Source of the DNA: Candidatus Collierbacteria bacterium GW2011_GWA2_42_17
GTDB taxonomy: Bacteria; Patescibacteriota; Microgenomatia; UBA1400; MFAQ01
Reading direction: 5' to 3'
Assembly (NCBI GenBank): GCA_000998275.1
Contig: LCDA01000002.1
Location: 1-44,707 of the forward strand
DNA length: 44,707 nt
The notes under the pieces were generated by a model. The model worked only from the letters and a program-made list of their open reading frames with translations. It was not told the DNA's origin and did not search any database. Positions 30,449-39,009 of this stretch are shown here, piece by piece. Every line of letters begins with the position of its first letter. Within the stretch, counting starts at the first letter, position 1. The translations under genes were made by a program, and so were the position numbers.

Positions 30449-30457
30449 TTATCCACA
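30449..30457 (+). promoter_or_regulatory. Perfect DnaA box
   Basis: TTATCCACA, followed directly by a ~180-bp very AT-rich tract. Confidence 0.65.
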
Positions 30458-30708
30458 ATCAAAAATAAAAATTAGTTGCGGTAAAACAAAACTTTAACAA
30501 AAAAATATTATTTAATAAAAAAATTTACGGAAAAATAAGTAATTAATAATCAATGACATAAAACAATATTTATTCATAAAAATGAATTCAAATTTAATTA
30601 ATTAAAGTCTACATATCAAAAATTTAAGTTCAAATTTACCATTACTTCGTTACACTAAAGAACAAATTAAAACAACAGAAATCGTTAAAAATGCCGGTCC
30701 GTACAATG

Positions 30709-30852
30709 CCCCTAAAACGGCTTCTGGAACTTTTTGTGGGTACTTTATCATGGGCCATTAGCCTTGTATTTTCGGGTTTATATATGGATAAGCTCAAAAT
30801 GAGGCTAATAGGCACAAACCCCAAAAGAATGACCAGAAAAGTACCATAGGGG
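30709..30852 (+). other. Long imperfect inverted repeat (rod-like structure); ncRNA or ssDNA element candidate
   Basis: Nested complementary blocks CCCCTA/TAGGGG, TTCTGG/CCAGAA, ATTAGCCT/AGGCTAAT, ATTTT/AAAAT, GGGTTTAT/ATAAGCTC. Confidence 0.55.
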
Positions 30853-30937
30853 AGCCCGAACCGAAAACTCTTCGGGATTATGTACAAAACTTGATGATGG
30901 GTGAATATATATCATCCGGTGCACAACTATCTGAGTT

Positions 30938-30965
30938 ACGTCGCAAAAGTGTTATTGTGCGACGT
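30938..30965. other. dif-like tyrosine recombinase site (11-6-11)
   Basis: ACGTCGCAAAA-GTGTTA-TTGTGCGACGT; arms are inverted repeats with 1 mismatch; CGCAnAA resembles the XerC arm of E. coli dif; ~1.5 kb from the xer gene. Confidence 0.7.
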
Positions 30966-31181
30966 ATCATAAATCATTCTTCTCTACCACTACTAAAAAC
31001 AAAAACAGGGAAGTGCAGAAGAATAACATTATCCTATCTCCCAATCAATGCCACAAGATTCATCAACAATAAATGTTTAATTATTATTAATTAATGATTT
31101 CGTCGAACCCTCTTTCCAGACAGACCTGTCGTGTTTTCTTCATTCTTTTGCCAACTGTATCAAACCCACTCACCTAGCAAG

Positions 31182-31190
31182 TTATCCACA
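31182..31190 (+). promoter_or_regulatory. Perfect DnaA box
   Basis: TTATCCACA. Confidence 0.6.
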
Positions 31191-31350
31191 TGACTGCCAA
31201 ATTTCGTGAAAACTTCCCTATTTTGTGAAAACTATTATAGGCTGATAGTTATAGGATATATTATAGGGCTTTATGTTCCTCTCCCTCTCCCCTTTTTCCA
31301 TGGCAACGAAATATTTTTTACAACACCAGTATATAAAGAATAATATTTAT

Positions 31351-32175
31351 CTACCCCACCCAGGACGTCGTCAGAAATCCTACTACAATAATGATTAATA
31401 CTGTCACTCCATACTCCAGCAGGCTTTCTAGATATACCCTATTAGACAGTCGTTGTTCCAGGATGCCAAATAAAGCGTAAAGCCCAGAGGTTAATATCAA
31501 GCCGCCCATAAATGGTTTAATCGGCCAAAAAGAAAGCACTCCGGACAGAATGGCAATTACAAAACTAGACGATACTGCATATCTCCAAACTTGAGGACCA
31601 AAATCGTTCTTTAGATCAACACTCCACAGACTCGGATAAGCCAACACAAAAGACACCACAAACGATATCGGAACCACCCACCAAAAAGCAAGTTTCAAAC
31701 TCAAAGCAACGGTAAAGAAAAATAAAGAGGTTACCAGGGTCAAAATAAAGTTAACCGAACGAGCGGCACGGAATAACTGGATTGTCCTAATTGAAGCCAC
31801 TGAAAAAATATTTTCAATCAACAATATGCTGTACAAACCCAACCCTACCAACAAAAAATATACGACTTTGAAAATTCCCGCCAAAAGCTGTGACGTTTCA
31901 ATAGATAAGGTTCGTCCAAACATACCGGGAAATGCAGTTGGTAAAAAATTTGAGAATAATCCGCTTCCCAAAGTAAACATCATTGGTAAAACAATCAAGG
32001 TAATCCACTCAATACCCTTCAGGTCGTCAAACAAGACCCAAACGGACAAGATGTATGAAACCGCCGCCACAGCCAGAACCAAGCCAAATCTATAGTCTAC
32101 TTGAGCCAAACTGGTTAACCATAAAAAAAACGCAATCAATGTACTAATCAAAATAAATTTTGTTCTTTTAGACAT
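31351..32175 (-). CDS. Multi-pass membrane protein of unknown function
   Basis: About 8-9 hydrophobic segments; follows yebC on the same strand. Confidence 0.8.
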   Translation of the reverse strand: MSKRTKFILISTLIAFFLWLTSLAQVDYRFGLVLAVAAVSYILSVWVLFDDLKGIEWITLIVLPMMFTLGSGLFSNFLPTAFPGMFGRTLSIETSQLLAGIFKVVYFLLVGLGLYSILLIENIFSVASIRTIQLFRAARSVNFILTLVTSLFFFTVALSLKLAFWWVVPISFVVSFVLAYPSLWSVDLKNDFGPQVWRYAVSSSFVIAILSGVLSFWPIKPFMGGLILTSGLYALFGILEQRLSNRVYLESLLEYGVTVLIIIVVGFLTTSWVG

Positions 32176-32177
32176 AG

Positions 32178-32702
32178 TTACTCAAGATTTGACCAAATAT
32201 CAACCACATCATCAAGGTCTTCCAAAGCCTCTAGCAGCTCTTCCACTCTAATTTTAGACTCTTCATCGAGTTTAATCATCGGTATCGGCGAAAGAGACCT
32301 CATATACGAGACGGATCCCGGTCCTCCCATTTTTGCTTCGTGCTTATTCAAAACAGAGTTTATTTCCGCTGCCGTTCTATTTCGATTATCAGACACAGCC
32401 GTGATCAAAATTCCCACACCTTCACGACTATATGCCTCGTAGACTACCTCTTCGGAAATATTTTCCCCACCAACACCCAAACCTTTTTCAATTGCCCGCT
32501 TAATATTTTCCATCGGCATATTAACTGCTCTAGCTTCGTCAACACAGGCTCTCAAAAAAGGATTGCCGTTAATATCACCAGAACCACCCTTTTTGACGGC
32601 TATGTGAATCTTTTTTGCGATTTTTGTAAAAACAGCACCGCGTTTATTATCTTCAATCGCCTTTTGATGTTTTATGGTGGACCACTTGGAATGACCGGAC
32701 AT
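32178..32702 (-). CDS. yebC: YebC/PmpR family protein (short form)
   Basis: MSGHSKWSTIKHQK, NMPMENIKRAI, SDNRNRT, LEDLDDV. Confidence 0.93.
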   Translation of the reverse strand: MSGHSKWSTIKHQKAIEDNKRGAVFTKIAKKIHIAVKKGGSGDINGNPFLRACVDEARAVNMPMENIKRAIEKGLGVGGENISEEVVYEAYSREGVGILITAVSDNRNRTAAEINSVLNKHEAKMGGPGSVSYMRSLSPIPMIKLDEESKIRVEELLEALEDLDDVVDIWSNLE

Positions 32703-32730
32703 GTCTCAATTCTACCAAACAATCTGCAGC

Positions 32731-32759
32731 TTGACATTAGACATATTTATCTTTAATAT
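32731..32759 (+). promoter_or_regulatory. Sigma70-type promoter TTGACA-N17-TAATAT
   Basis: Direct read upstream of the TPR gene. Confidence 0.6.
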
Positions 32760-32769
32760 GGCTTCCAGC

Positions 32770-33477
32770 ATGAACAATGACTCTACGCACGATTTAACAC
32801 AGGAAGCAATAAAAGCCGCAGTCAGCAAAAACTGGAACGAAGCTATCAGCCTGAACACCAAAATTTTAGAAACCTATCCCGATGATATCTCAACTCTAAA
32901 TCGCCTTGGTATCTCCTACTCCATGATTGGCAAAAACAAAAAGGCAGAAGAAAACTTTAATAAAGTTCTCAAAATCGACATCCACAACCCCATCGCTAAA
33001 AATAATTTAGTCCGCTTAAAAGCCAACAAAACTACCGGTCTTTTAAACCCCTTCACTCAAACCGTTAGTTTCATTGAAGAGCCGGGTAAATCCAAGGTTG
33101 TTCCCCTTGTCAACCAAGCTGAACCAAAGATTTTTTCCGCTCTTAATATTGGTGAGCCCGTTGAGCTGGAAAACTGCAAACATAAAGTAAAGGTGTCCGA
33201 TATGAAAAACATCTTCATTGGCTATCTTCCTGATAATATCTCCCATCGACTTCTTCAGCTTCTAAAATCCGGTTACAAATATAAAACCGTCATGAAGTCC
33301 GTCAACCCCAAAACTCCTCAGGTGTTCATTCAGGAAATGCACGCCGCCAAACGCCTTAAGGGTGTTCCTTCTTTTCCTCTTGACGACAATGAAATTCTTC
33401 CCTCACTCTCCGCCGGAGAATCAAGTGAACTTCCTCCTCTGGAAATCTACGATCCTCTTATGGGTGAAGAAAGTTAA
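32770..33477 (+). CDS. TPR-repeat protein with HIRAN-like C-terminal domain
   Basis: TPR helices (LNRLGISY..AEENFNKVLKID..NPIA); IGYLPDNISHRLLQLLKSG; start 32770 or 32758. Confidence 0.75.
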   Translation: MNNDSTHDLTQEAIKAAVSKNWNEAISLNTKILETYPDDISTLNRLGISYSMIGKNKKAEENFNKVLKIDIHNPIAKNNLVRLKANKTTGLLNPFTQTVSFIEEPGKSKVVPLVNQAEPKIFSALNIGEPVELENCKHKVKVSDMKNIFIGYLPDNISHRLLQLLKSGYKYKTVMKSVNPKTPQVFIQEMHAAKRLKGVPSFPLDDNEILPSLSAGESSELPPLEIYDPLMGEES

Positions 33478-33479
33478 AT

Positions 33480-34367
33480 TTATTTTATCCAAATCCTCAT
33501 TTTTTCGTCTTTATCTACAACAAACTCTGGTTGAGCAATTTTTGTACAGCCGACTTGTTCCCTCAATACTTTTTCGGTCATCTCGTATCTCCTGTCCGTA
33601 CTATATACACAACCCCTTCCTTCAACACTTTCCTCCGCATCAGCCTTCAACTCAATTACATGCATTCCGGCTGACTCTAATTGATTAGCCAAAATACTCC
33701 CCAACCCGGGAATTCCTGATACATTATTGATTGATACATCAGCGTTTTCATCAAGTATAGGTTCGATTACAAACTTATTTTTTGTCCACAAACTCATCGT
33801 TTGATTGAACTCTTTAAACTCTTTCCCGTCAGGATCCGTTACACTATCAAACACTGACCCTGGCACTGTCATTTCCAATACTTTTTTTGACTTTACCGCA
33901 TCAGCCATAAACTGCCTGATAAGTACTCTGTCACGAATACTTAAATCAGTTTTTAAACCTACCGAAAACATTTTTCCCAATACATTCTCTATCGTCGAAA
34001 CATCATCAATTTTAATGGTTCTCGAGATTACTACTCCCATCGCTTGACCCAAAGACTTCTCCATATTTTCGTAAGGTTTTTTTTCGGAGACTCCGTAGCT
34101 CCACACCGACACTAGTGGATAATGAGCTTCGGAATTAAATACTTTTATTCGAATGTTTTTTGGCATATTTATCCAACCTACCATTCCTTCCTCGGGTCGA
34201 ACTAACAACACGCTTACACTTTCCTCTCCCACGATCACCATGTTAAGACCCATTTTTGAACTATAAACTCCCCTTCTGGTCACATCATAAACAAGCAGTC
34301 CCAAAAGCACTATCAAAAATGCGCTTCCCAGAATTAATAAGATTTTGTCTTTAATACTCGCCTTCAT
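33480..34367 (-). CDS. Membrane-anchored protein with LytR-C/LCP-like features
   Basis: N-terminal TM; C-terminal VSINNVSGIPGLGSILANQLESAG resembles LytR_C. Confidence 0.6.
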   Translation of the reverse strand: MKASIKDKILLILGSAFLIVLLGLLVYDVTRRGVYSSKMGLNMVIVGEESVSVLLVRPEEGMVGWINMPKNIRIKVFNSEAHYPLVSVWSYGVSEKKPYENMEKSLGQAMGVVISRTIKIDDVSTIENVLGKMFSVGLKTDLSIRDRVLIRQFMADAVKSKKVLEMTVPGSVFDSVTDPDGKEFKEFNQTMSLWTKNKFVIEPILDENADVSINNVSGIPGLGSILANQLESAGMHVIELKADAEESVEGRGCVYSTDRRYEMTEKVLREQVGCTKIAQPEFVVDKDEKMRIWIK

Positions 34368-36033
34368 AGGTACTCCTTAAAACACCATCCTGTTTCTTTT
34401 TATACTTAGCTAAAATATCCTTATCTATTCCATATTTCTTAATCACTTGCCCCATGTGCCAGCCGCTAACAAAATGCGGAAAGATCACATAAGCCACCCC
34501 GGCTTGATAAAGTTCCTTTGCTTGAGCCAAACTTTCCGCATCCGCAATTACCGGTACTTCAATCTTCCGATTCCTTAACTCTGAAATTAAAGATAGTGAA
34601 TCGTTTAGACTTTTTATGGTTGAGATTACCAGCTTGGCTTGTGCGATGTTTGCCAATTCCAAAACATCTGGGTCAGTCGCATCGGCAAAAATAACCATCT
34701 CCCCCTTCTTTTTTAGATCGGTTATCACCTGTGGGTTAAAATCTACCACCACAGTTTCCTCACCGATTTTCTTCAAAAATGCCAGAATACTCTTTCCGGT
34801 TCTATCTCCTCCAAAAAGAACAATATGATTCTTGTGTTCAACTTTTATTTGCTTATTTTTCCCGCTGAATTTAAACAGTAATTTCGATATTTTACTTATT
34901 TTAATACTTAGTTTTTCGGAATTACTTATTAAAATAGTCGACAGTGCCATCGAAAACAAACCGGCTAGGGTTACTGCCCTAACTAACGGTTCATTCCACA
35001 ATCCCGTAGCAAGTCCGGCTGACATAATCACCAAAGAAAACTCCGACACCTGTGTCATGTTTATACCCAACATTAATGCATTTCTGCCGCTCAGACCAAC
35101 AAGTCTCGACACCATATGGGTCACCAAAAACTTTACCAAAACGATCATCGGAACAAGCACCAACAATAACTTCCAATCCACACCCCCTAACCCAACTTGA
35201 AATCCAAGCAGTACAAAAAACATCGTTAGGAACACGTCCCGTAAAACCCTGATCTTACTAATAATTTGAAAATGCCCCCAACTTGTGGACAGTGATAACC
35301 CGGCAAGGAGTCCTCCAATCTCCGGAGACAAACCCAAAAGCTTCACCGAGCCAAAGATGACCAAAGCAAACCAAGACAGACTGAACAACACTAAATCCTC
35401 AGCCGTTTTAATCACGTATCTCATTAACTGCGAAATCAAAAAGTGACCAACAACATTCACCGCCAAAACCAACGACAAAAGTTTCGCCAATAGTGTTCCC
35501 AAACCAAAGGCATCCGTCCCTCCTCCTGCACTTGGTAAAAATACCAGTATTCCAATAGCCAGAATATCTTGAAGAAGCAAAATACCCAAAGTCAGTCTCC
35601 CCGAATAACTTTCAAGCTCCCTTTTTTCAGACAGCACCTTGACCGCGACAATGGTACTGCTAAAAGTCATCGCGATTGCAAAAAACACGGCCGCCAAGGG
35701 AGAAAAGCCTACAGCAAACAAACCAAACACCACGTAAACCGCAGTCAATAATAATGTTTGACCCACAAAGATAAACACCGCTTCTTTACCTACCTTTCGG
35801 ATCTCCGTCCAGTTCATTTCCAAACCCACCAAAAATAGCAACAAGGTCACCCCTAAAGTCCCCAAGAGTTCCAACACCTCTACGCTCGGCGAACTAATGA
35901 GTCCGGACAAACCGATAACAAATCCGGACAAAACATGACCAATAATCGAAGGTAAACCAAGATAACGAAAGACAATTCCCACCAAAACAGCGATGACAAA
36001 AACCGCAACCAACTCGACAACAAATAAATCCAT
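34351..36033 (-). CDS. Cation:proton antiporter (CPA2/KefC-like) with TrkA-N domain
   Basis: LLLFLVGLE, FSSTIVAVK, LLLQD, QVSEFS; C-terminal VVVDFNP..FADATD. Confidence 0.9.
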   Translation of the reverse strand: MDLFVVELVAVFVIAVLVGIVFRYLGLPSIIGHVLSGFVIGLSGLISSPSVEVLELLGTLGVTLLLFLVGLEMNWTEIRKVGKEAVFIFVGQTLLLTAVYVVFGLFAVGFSPLAAVFFAIAMTFSSTIVAVKVLSEKRELESYSGRLTLGILLLQDILAIGILVFLPSAGGGTDAFGLGTLLAKLLSLVLAVNVVGHFLISQLMRYVIKTAEDLVLFSLSWFALVIFGSVKLLGLSPEIGGLLAGLSLSTSWGHFQIISKIRVLRDVFLTMFFVLLGFQVGLGGVDWKLLLVLVPMIVLVKFLVTHMVSRLVGLSGRNALMLGINMTQVSEFSLVIMSAGLATGLWNEPLVRAVTLAGLFSMALSTILISNSEKLSIKISKISKLLFKFSGKNKQIKVEHKNHIVLFGGDRTGKSILAFLKKIGEETVVVDFNPQVITDLKKKGEMVIFADATDPDVLELANIAQAKLVISTIKSLNDSLSLISELRNRKIEVPVIADAESLAQAKELYQAGVAYVIFPHFVSGWHMGQVIKKYGIDKDILAKYKKKQDGVLRSTYEGEY

Positions 36034-36042
36034 TACTTCATT

Positions 36043-36774
36043 CTAATCGGAAACCATCCCCTTAAGCAATACTTCACAGTCAGTGGGTAAAGGAGCCACC
36101 ATCTCCAGCTCCTTGCCTGAAAAGCTTTTAAAGATAATTCTTTCGGCATGTAAAAAATGATGGCTCAAAAACTCTCGATCCCTCTCAGCCAGCTCCTTGT
36201 TTAAATACTTCTCATCCGCAAAGATCGGCCAACCTAAAAAGGACAAATGCACTCTTATTTGATGGGTTCTTCCTGTTTTTAGATTCAAACGAAGATAAGT
36301 TAGTGCGTTCTTCCAGTGTTCCGAGTTTTCGTATCGGAATCGTTTCAATACCTTCCATGAAGTCACTGCTTTCTTTCCCTCATAGTGAACCTGCCATTTT
36401 TCCCGATCAAACAAACTTCGTTTCATTGGTAAAATCACCGTTCCCTCACTCGGTTCCACCCTCCCATGGACCAAGGCCACATACTCTTTAGTGAGTTTTC
36501 TCTCCTTAAATAATTTCAGGTAGTATCGCAAAGCATCCGGATTCTTGGCAATCACCAAACAGCCACTCGTTTCCTTATCCAGTCGATGGCAAAAACCACT
36601 TCTCTGACGAAAAAGTTTATCGGTATACTGAAAAAATTTCTCCCCTTGCCTCTCCTCAATCCAGTCCTGTACCGTTGGTGCGGCTACCGAGTCGGCGCGA
36701 TTCACCACCAAACCCACCGGTTTATTGATTACCAGTGTTTCTTTGTCTTCGTAGAGTACTTCTATTTCCATCAA
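36043..36774 (-). CDS. RluA-family pseudouridine synthase
   Basis: INKPVGLVV, HRLDKETSG, TGRTHQIRVHL, FLHA. Confidence 0.93.
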   Translation of the reverse strand: MMEIEVLYEDKETLVINKPVGLVVNRADSVAAPTVQDWIEERQGEKFFQYTDKLFRQRSGFCHRLDKETSGCLVIAKNPDALRYYLKLFKERKLTKEYVALVHGRVEPSEGTVILPMKRSLFDREKWQVHYEGKKAVTSWKVLKRFRYENSEHWKNALTYLRLNLKTGRTHQIRVHLSFLGWPIFADEKYLNKELAERDREFLSHHFLHAERIIFKSFSGKELEMVAPLPTDCEVLLKGMVSD

Positions 36775-37132
36775 CTCCCAGTATATACGACACCACCCCC
36801 AAACTAATAAGAACGTCGCTTAAATTAAAACAAAAAGGTAAGAAGGGTAAGCAGATATAATCCCACACGCTTCCCCAAATAAATCTATAGAAGATATTCC
36901 CCAATCCCCCCAAAGCAATCAAAAATAAAGACCGTCTAAACTTCCTGAACTTAATTAACTCGAACAAAAACCATCCGATAAACAAACTAAGGGCTATAAA
37001 AGAAACAATATTTCCGATTTCCGAAGCCATCCCAAAGGACACTCCCCTATTCTCCAATCCCAAGCCAGATGCACGAAACATCGTCTGAAAAACCAAATCC
37101 ATTAACAGAATAAAAATACCTCCAAAAATCAC
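36722..37132 (-). CDS. lspA: Signal peptidase II-like protein
   Basis: NRGVSFG, GGLGN, VWDY, FNLSD; next to an rluA-family gene. Confidence 0.8.
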   Translation of the reverse strand: MIFGGIFILLMDLVFQTMFRASGLGLENRGVSFGMASEIGNIVSFIALSLFIGWFLFELIKFRKFRRSLFLIALGGLGNIFYRFIWGSVWDYICLPFLPFCFNLSDVLISLGVVSYILGVDGNRSTLRRQRNTGNQ

Positions 37133-37518
37133 TCTCCAGACTTCTTTTCCATCTTTCTAGCACACTCCATACAGTACTCGGCCGTTGGTGTTACCGCCAG
37201 CCTGTCGGTATCAATCATTTTTCCGCAGTTGCTGCAAATGCCGTATTTCCCCAGCTTAATTCTCGTCAATGTTTTTCGAATTGCTACCAAAGACTTAGAC
37301 ACTTGCAACCTCATCGCAAAAGATCTATCGTGTTGAACGTTCTCGGCCACATCAGAGTCCACCGAGTTGTCGGCATCCCTATTTCCGATCACAAAAGGGT
37401 CAACCTTTTTAAGCTCCTCTTTTGTTTCCTTTAGTTTCTTTTGTTCTCCCTTCAAGTAAGCCACCAAAGGCTTCAATAGCTTAGTGGGAAACGATATTTT
37501 TTTATTGTCTTTTTCCAT
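37129..37518 (-). CDS. TraR/DksA C4-type zinc finger protein
   Basis: GKYGICSNCGKMI..DRL..TPTAEYCMEC. Confidence 0.88.
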   Translation of the reverse strand: MEKDNKKISFPTKLLKPLVAYLKGEQKKLKETKEELKKVDPFVIGNRDADNSVDSDVAENVQHDRSFAMRLQVSKSLVAIRKTLTRIKLGKYGICSNCGKMIDTDRLAVTPTAEYCMECARKMEKKSGE

Positions 37519-38239
37519 TTTTAAGAATATTTTTTAAATCCTCCGTTATTGTCCTGCCAGACCTAATATACACTAAAACCAACCCTCCAACAAACAACAT
37601 TCCCGACCACAATCCTACCGTCCAAAAATAGTTCCCAGTCATAATTTTTTCGGCAAGAAATAATAAACCCCACCAGGAAATCGAAAACCCGGCGACAAAC
37701 CCGGATCTCGCCGATGTCTTATTGTTTCGATACCAAGCAAAAGTTCTATATCTCTCTTCGACGTTCCAAAAATATATAAAAACAAGTAGATATATCAATG
37801 CCAAAACAATATACTGCCACATGAAGGCAAGAATAGCCAAACCAGCAAGAAAAATTGCTGTACCGGCCGAAATTCCTAGAGTGGTCAAATCAAACCAATC
37901 CATAAACTTAACTTTAATTTTCCGTAAACAAAGCCAGAGACCAAAAGCAATTCCGAGTATAACGCCAAAACGGTCTAGTCCCGGGTAGTTCGTCAGTAAA
38001 AATAGCCTTGGTAAATGATTCCAAAACATTCCTATATTCAAGATCGCAAAAACTATTCTTCCGATAATAAACCCCCAAAAGGCTGAAAGCACCACACTAT
38101 CTAAGATTGATCTATTCTCAAAATGAGACTCGTTGGCTTTCTTAAAAAAAATAAATGACCCCCACAAATAAGCAATGACGGCCAACAGCCCAAAGCCGTA
38201 AACCGGAATGTTATTTATACGTATTATTGCTTCGTTCAT
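37502..38239 (-). CDS. Divergent Lgt-like membrane protein
   Basis: Lgt-like N-terminus (IPVYGF.., IIGRIVF); context with lspA; catalytic motifs not recognisable. Confidence 0.55.
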   Translation of the reverse strand: MNEAIIRINNIPVYGFGLLAVIAYLWGSFIFFKKANESHFENRSILDSVVLSAFWGFIIGRIVFAILNIGMFWNHLPRLFLLTNYPGLDRFGVILGIAFGLWLCLRKIKVKFMDWFDLTTLGISAGTAIFLAGLAILAFMWQYIVLALIYLLVFIYFWNVEERYRTFAWYRNNKTSARSGFVAGFSISWWGLLFLAEKIMTGNYFWTVGLWSGMLFVGGLVLVYIRSGRTITEDLKNILKNGKRQ

Positions 38240-38267
38240 TCAGATTTATTGTATACTAAAATTCACC

Positions 38268-38714
38268 ATGCTTTCTATTGCCCACGGCGCAACTGGCGCT
38301 TTCATAGCCTCAAAAATTCCGAATCCCCTGATAAGCATCCCCCTAGTTCTCCTCTCTCACTATATCGAAGACAGAATTCCTCACTGGGACGTAGGTCAAG
38401 GTCTCACGGCCAAGAAAAAATCCCGCAAAGCCGCCTTCCTCCAAGAACTGTTTTTTGATTTTCCCCTCTCCATCATCATTGTTTACTTTATTTTTCAGGC
38501 TGGGCATCCATTTGATTGGCGTGTCTGGATGGGGTGGTTTGTTGGACTTACTCCTGATTTTCTGGAATTTCCCTATCTCTTTATGGACGCGCGGTTCTTT
38601 CCCATCAAACAACTGGCCGCTTTTCATGGTCTGGTTCACCGTTCCACTCCCCACAAACTCTGGGGTCTTCTTCCCCAGCTACTCGTCATCCTCCTTGTCA
38701 TACTTCTAAAATAG
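38268..38714 (+). CDS. Membrane-bound metal-dependent hydrolase-like protein
   Basis: MLSIAHGATG, SHYIEDRIPHWD, TPD, FHGLVH; start reassigned to 38268. Confidence 0.65.
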   Translation: MLSIAHGATGAFIASKIPNPLISIPLVLLSHYIEDRIPHWDVGQGLTAKKKSRKAAFLQELFFDFPLSIIIVYFIFQAGHPFDWRVWMGWFVGLTPDFLEFPYLFMDARFFPIKQLAAFHGLVHRSTPHKLWGLLPQLLVILLVILLK

Positions 38715-38761
38715 TGTAAAATAATCCACAAAGTTCGTCGCATCTTTAAAAGGAGGCCTCC

Positions 38762-38962
38762 GTGGCAAACAAAGAACCTAAGTTTAAGACGTTTTCAACC
38801 AATCCAAACTACTCAAGTACGCGAGATCTTCAAGACCAAGTCGACTCATTTTTCAGAGATTACGTCAATGTAGAAATCCTCAGCACAGCTCAAAGCCAAG
38901 TTGGCGGCTTTATCAACTTGTCCGTCTTTTTCAGGGGAGACAAGAAAAATCCAAAAGAATAG
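38762..38962 (+). CDS. Small hypothetical protein (66 aa), Cse60/DUF2758-like pattern
   Basis: Promoter TTGTCA-N16-TAAAAT (38695-38722), SD AGGAGG 38751-38756, GTG start, terminator. Confidence 0.72.
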   Translation: MANKEPKFKTFSTNPNYSSTRDLQDQVDSFFRDYVNVEILSTAQSQVGGFINLSVFFRGDKKNPKE

Positions 38963-38973
38963 AACAATACCCC

Positions 38974-39001
38974 GACCTCGCTAATAACGAGGTCTTTTTT
39001 T
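38974..39001 (+). terminator. Intrinsic terminator
   Basis: GACCTCG-ctaataa-CGAGGTC-TTTTTTT. Confidence 0.85.
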
Positions 39002-39009
39002 CACTTTTG

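Noticed and set aside
30642-31094. ORFs 30642..30887(-) and 30891..31094(+)
   Set aside because: No recognisable motifs or initiation signals; they overlap the structured repeat and the dif-like site, so they are probably spurious
26042-31350. Prophage or ICE built around the tyrosine recombinase
   Set aside because: The recombinase looks like a chromosomal Xer; no phage, conjugation or Rep genes and no long flanking att repeats were seen
38736-38742. CGTCGCA match to the dif-like arm
   Set aside because: Only 7 bp; expected by chance in 45 kb
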